A stretch of DNA of 64,000 nt from Candidatus Latescibacterota bacterium (GTDB lineage: Bacteria > Latescibacterota > UBA2968 > GCA-2709665), in contig CAXXJS010000040.1 in NCBI GenBank assembly GCA_963662665.2, positions 160,001 through 224,000 on the forward strand. The letters run 5' to 3'. Under the pieces are notes generated by a model that saw only the letters and a list, made by a program, of their open reading frames with translations, searched no databases and was not told the DNA's origin. Shown here piece by piece: positions 61,464-64,000 of this stretch (position 1 is the first letter of the stretch; each line of letters starts with the position of its first letter). A program made the position numbers and the translations under genes.

Positions 61464-63161
61464 TCTGAATAATTCACAAAAAAGGTAGTTTCCTTATCCA
61501 AGTCATTGTATTATATTATGGTTACGCGAATAACCTGATAACAATGAACCGGGAGGAAACTACCGTGGCAGGTCAAGATAAACAACAAAGGATGTCTTTC
61601 GCAAGTGTTTCTGGCAAACGGGTAGAAGCCACCTTCGACGGGGGCATGCTGACCAGCGACACCGGGGCGATGCTGCTTCGAGAGGTGGAGTCCAAAATCG
61701 GCATTTTGTGTCGGATCGTTGCGGCGATAACAGATCGTCGGCATCCAAGTTACGTGGATCACCCGTCGGTGGACCTGCTGACTCAGCGTGTCTTTCAGAT
61801 GGCGTGTGGGTATGAGGATGCGAACGACTGCAATACGTTGCGTAGCGACCCCGGCTTCAAGGCGGCCTGCGATCGGTTGCCGGTCACCGGTGCCAACCTG
61901 GCCAGTCAACCCACGATGAGTCGGTTCGAGAACCGGATCACCAGAGGTGACTTATATCGTATCGCGACGGCCTTTGCCGATGCGTTTATCGCCTCGTATA
62001 AGCACCCTCCCGAGGCCATTCTGTTGGATATCGATGACACGGAAGACAAGGTGTATGGAACCCAACAGTTGTCGTTATTCAATGCGTATTTCAAGGGCTA
62101 TTGCTACCAACCCCTGCATATCTATGAAGGGCAAACCGGCAAGTTGATCACGACGGTCTTGCGTCCGGGCCGCCGACCCACGGGCAAAGAGATCGTGTCG
62201 ATTCTAAAACGGGTGATCGCCTACCTGCGTCACGCATGGCCCGATGTCAAGATCCTGTTGCGTGGCGATTCACACTTTTCGTGTCCGGAAGTGCATACGA
62301 TGTGTGACGAAAACGATGTGTTTTTTATCCTCGGACAAGGCGGAAACGCGGTGCTGCTGCGGTTGGCACAGCCCTTGATGGACCAGGCCAAAGCGCTGTA
62401 TGCAGATGGGGGAAAACCTGTTCGCCTGTATCGCTGTTGGGACTATCAGGCCGGCAGCTGGTCTTCCCCACGCCGCATCATCTGCAAGGCAGAAGTCACC
62501 CCGCAAGGTCACAATATCCGATTCGTGGTCACCAACCTGAACGGCGCACAACCGTCATTCATCTACAAAACCGCTTATTGCTCACGCGGCAGGATGGAAA
62601 ACTTCATCAAGAATCACAAGACCTTTCTGCATTCCGATCGCACCTCTTGCCACACCTTCCACGCCAATCACTTCCGGCTCTTTCTCCACAGCGCCGCCTA
62701 TGTGTTGGTGCACGCCCTGGCCCATATCGGGTTGCGCGGCACCACGTGGACGAACGCCCAGTTTAATACGCTGCAAAACCGCATCTTGAAAGTCGCCGGG
62801 CGCGTTTGTGAACTGAAAACCAAAATCACGTTCCATCTGCCAACGGCGTTTCCACTCAAACACCTCTATCGAACTATGCTCTGCAATCTGGGAACCGCCA
62901 TGCCATAACGTTTCCATCTGGACCAGGCCGCCTTCACGTCTTGATTGCTACCACCAAAAGCCATGGAGACGTCTGTGCTCTTGGCAGTCACAACAAGGTC
63001 ATCCTGACGCCTCCACGCGACCCTGCTACAAAAATACACCCTGAAATCGCTTGAAAGCGCCAGTTCCGCACAGCCAGCTTTCTCCTGCGTTCTTAGACTC
63101 ACTCGAAAGCTGCTTCTGCTGCACGAATCTGCAATCCCTGACGATTCATGAATAGGTCAGG
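61464..63161 (+). mobile_element. IS1380-family element (~1.7 kb), TTAA target duplication
   Basis: Ends TCTGAATAATTCAC / ATGAATAGGTCAGG; TTAA at 61460 and 63162. Confidence 0.9.
61544..62908 (+). CDS. IS1380 family transposase (DDE_Tnp_1_4)
   Basis: FDGG.LTSDTG, GYEDAND...LR.DP, LASQPTMSRFEN, LDIDDT, RGDSHF, RG.MENFIK. Confidence 0.93.
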   Translation: MNREETTVAGQDKQQRMSFASVSGKRVEATFDGGMLTSDTGAMLLREVESKIGILCRIVAAITDRRHPSYVDHPSVDLLTQRVFQMACGYEDANDCNTLRSDPGFKAACDRLPVTGANLASQPTMSRFENRITRGDLYRIATAFADAFIASYKHPPEAILLDIDDTEDKVYGTQQLSLFNAYFKGYCYQPLHIYEGQTGKLITTVLRPGRRPTGKEIVSILKRVIAYLRHAWPDVKILLRGDSHFSCPEVHTMCDENDVFFILGQGGNAVLLRLAQPLMDQAKALYADGGKPVRLYRCWDYQAGSWSSPRRIICKAEVTPQGHNIRFVVTNLNGAQPSFIYKTAYCSRGRMENFIKNHKTFLHSDRTSCHTFHANHFRLFLHSAAYVLVHALAHIGLRGTTWTNAQFNTLQNRILKVAGRVCELKTKITFHLPTAFPLKHLYRTMLCNLGTAMP

Positions 63162-64000
63162 TTAAGACTGTCTTCTAACGATACCTGCGTCTCCTGTTGG
63201 CAAAACGGGCAGACACGGCTCTTAGGGTCGTAATATTCGCGGCCTTGTTTGACCCAGTCACTATTACCAAGTTTCCTTATTAGACTTGAGATATCTACGT
63301 CAGATTTCCCAATAACGACCTTTTTCAAAATTGGATTGCTTTCATGGTCCAAAAGCTGTTTCCAATCCGGGCCTTGTAGACTCTCCTGCTCTTGGGGAGA
63401 TTCGCTAAAGATCGTCTTAGCCTTTTGCCGTAGAGTTTCAAGTTCGACTAAATCGGCGGTATTGTTCTCCGACTCGTACATCAGCTTTGCCTTGAAATCT
63501 TCTTTGCTTCCACGATTCCCAGTAAACGCATCCTTGAATTCTGAGTCGTGGTTGTTTTTCATTTTCCAGCAATCTTCGGAAAACTGCTCTTCAAGTTCTC
63601 TCAGATCGCTGAATTTGCCTCCGCTATTCCCGCCACCGCGGAGTGTGGTTTCCAACGTCTCAATAGAGCTATTTGTATTCTGTAGTTCTCTTCTTGCGCC
63701 GGCTATCTTGTCTTCAATCTCCTTGTCCTTCTCGCCTAAAGTGAAAATCCCCTGCAAGTGTTCAGGTCGATTTACGTTTCGATCAACAAAGTCGCGGTTG
63801 TACACAAAAGCCTCGAGGTGTATACCATTTTTCCACGTCACTTCGCAGTCGAGATGATCTTCTGCATGTGGATCAGCGATAACACGAGATATCGTCGTTT
63901 TTCCTGTGGCGTTTGCACCGTATATAAAATTCACCTTTTTCAGTTCATCCAGTTCTTCCGCTGTTTGTCCAAATGTCGCCACGTTTCTGATTCGAATCTT

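Larger units (their letters stand above)
56889..64000 (-). pseudogene. rloC: RloC-like AAA_13 ABC-ATPase/HEPN anticodon nuclease, interrupted by three IS elements; start lies beyond the window
   Basis: Fragments: 64000-63162 (YGANATGKT, VYNRDF, zinc hook CPFC); 61459-60760 (coiled coil, LSEGE); 59160-59057 (VVIDDPVSSLD); 57456-56889 (LTHN, NTLRRILEHYF, INEGSH). Confidence 0.88.

Noticed and set aside
56889-63982. ORFs 56889-57473, 60742-61317 and 63146-63982 as separate genes
   Set aside because: They are fragments of one rloC-like gene, with starts or stops created by the IS insertions or the window edge.

Overview
GC-rich bacterial chromosomal window. The gene content (PhyH, heparinase-like lyases, a GWxTD protein, a giant Calx-beta/Ig adhesin) suggests an environmental or host-associated FCB-like lineage; this is inference only. 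Housekeeping content: meaB plus a B12-binding subunit, an ABC exporter, nfeD-floA, tRNA-Leu(CAA), tRNA-Met(CAU), and argR-argCBDGH. There is also a divergent catabolic cluster (14.7-29.6 kb) and a frameshifted repeat-rich autotransporter adhesin. The AT-richer right end is a defence islet: a putAbiC-like membrane protein lies downstream of an RloC-like ABC-ATPase/HEPN gene that three IS elements (two IS3-family, one IS1380) have cut into four pieces, which rejoin in frame. Non-obvious signals: a candidate ECF-sigma-driven ~70-nt sRNA, cassette-like islets bounded by copies of the tRNA-Leu 3' flank, a nested MITE family, a degenerate RepB/AEP-like ORF coupled to argH, and atypical IS3 termini.
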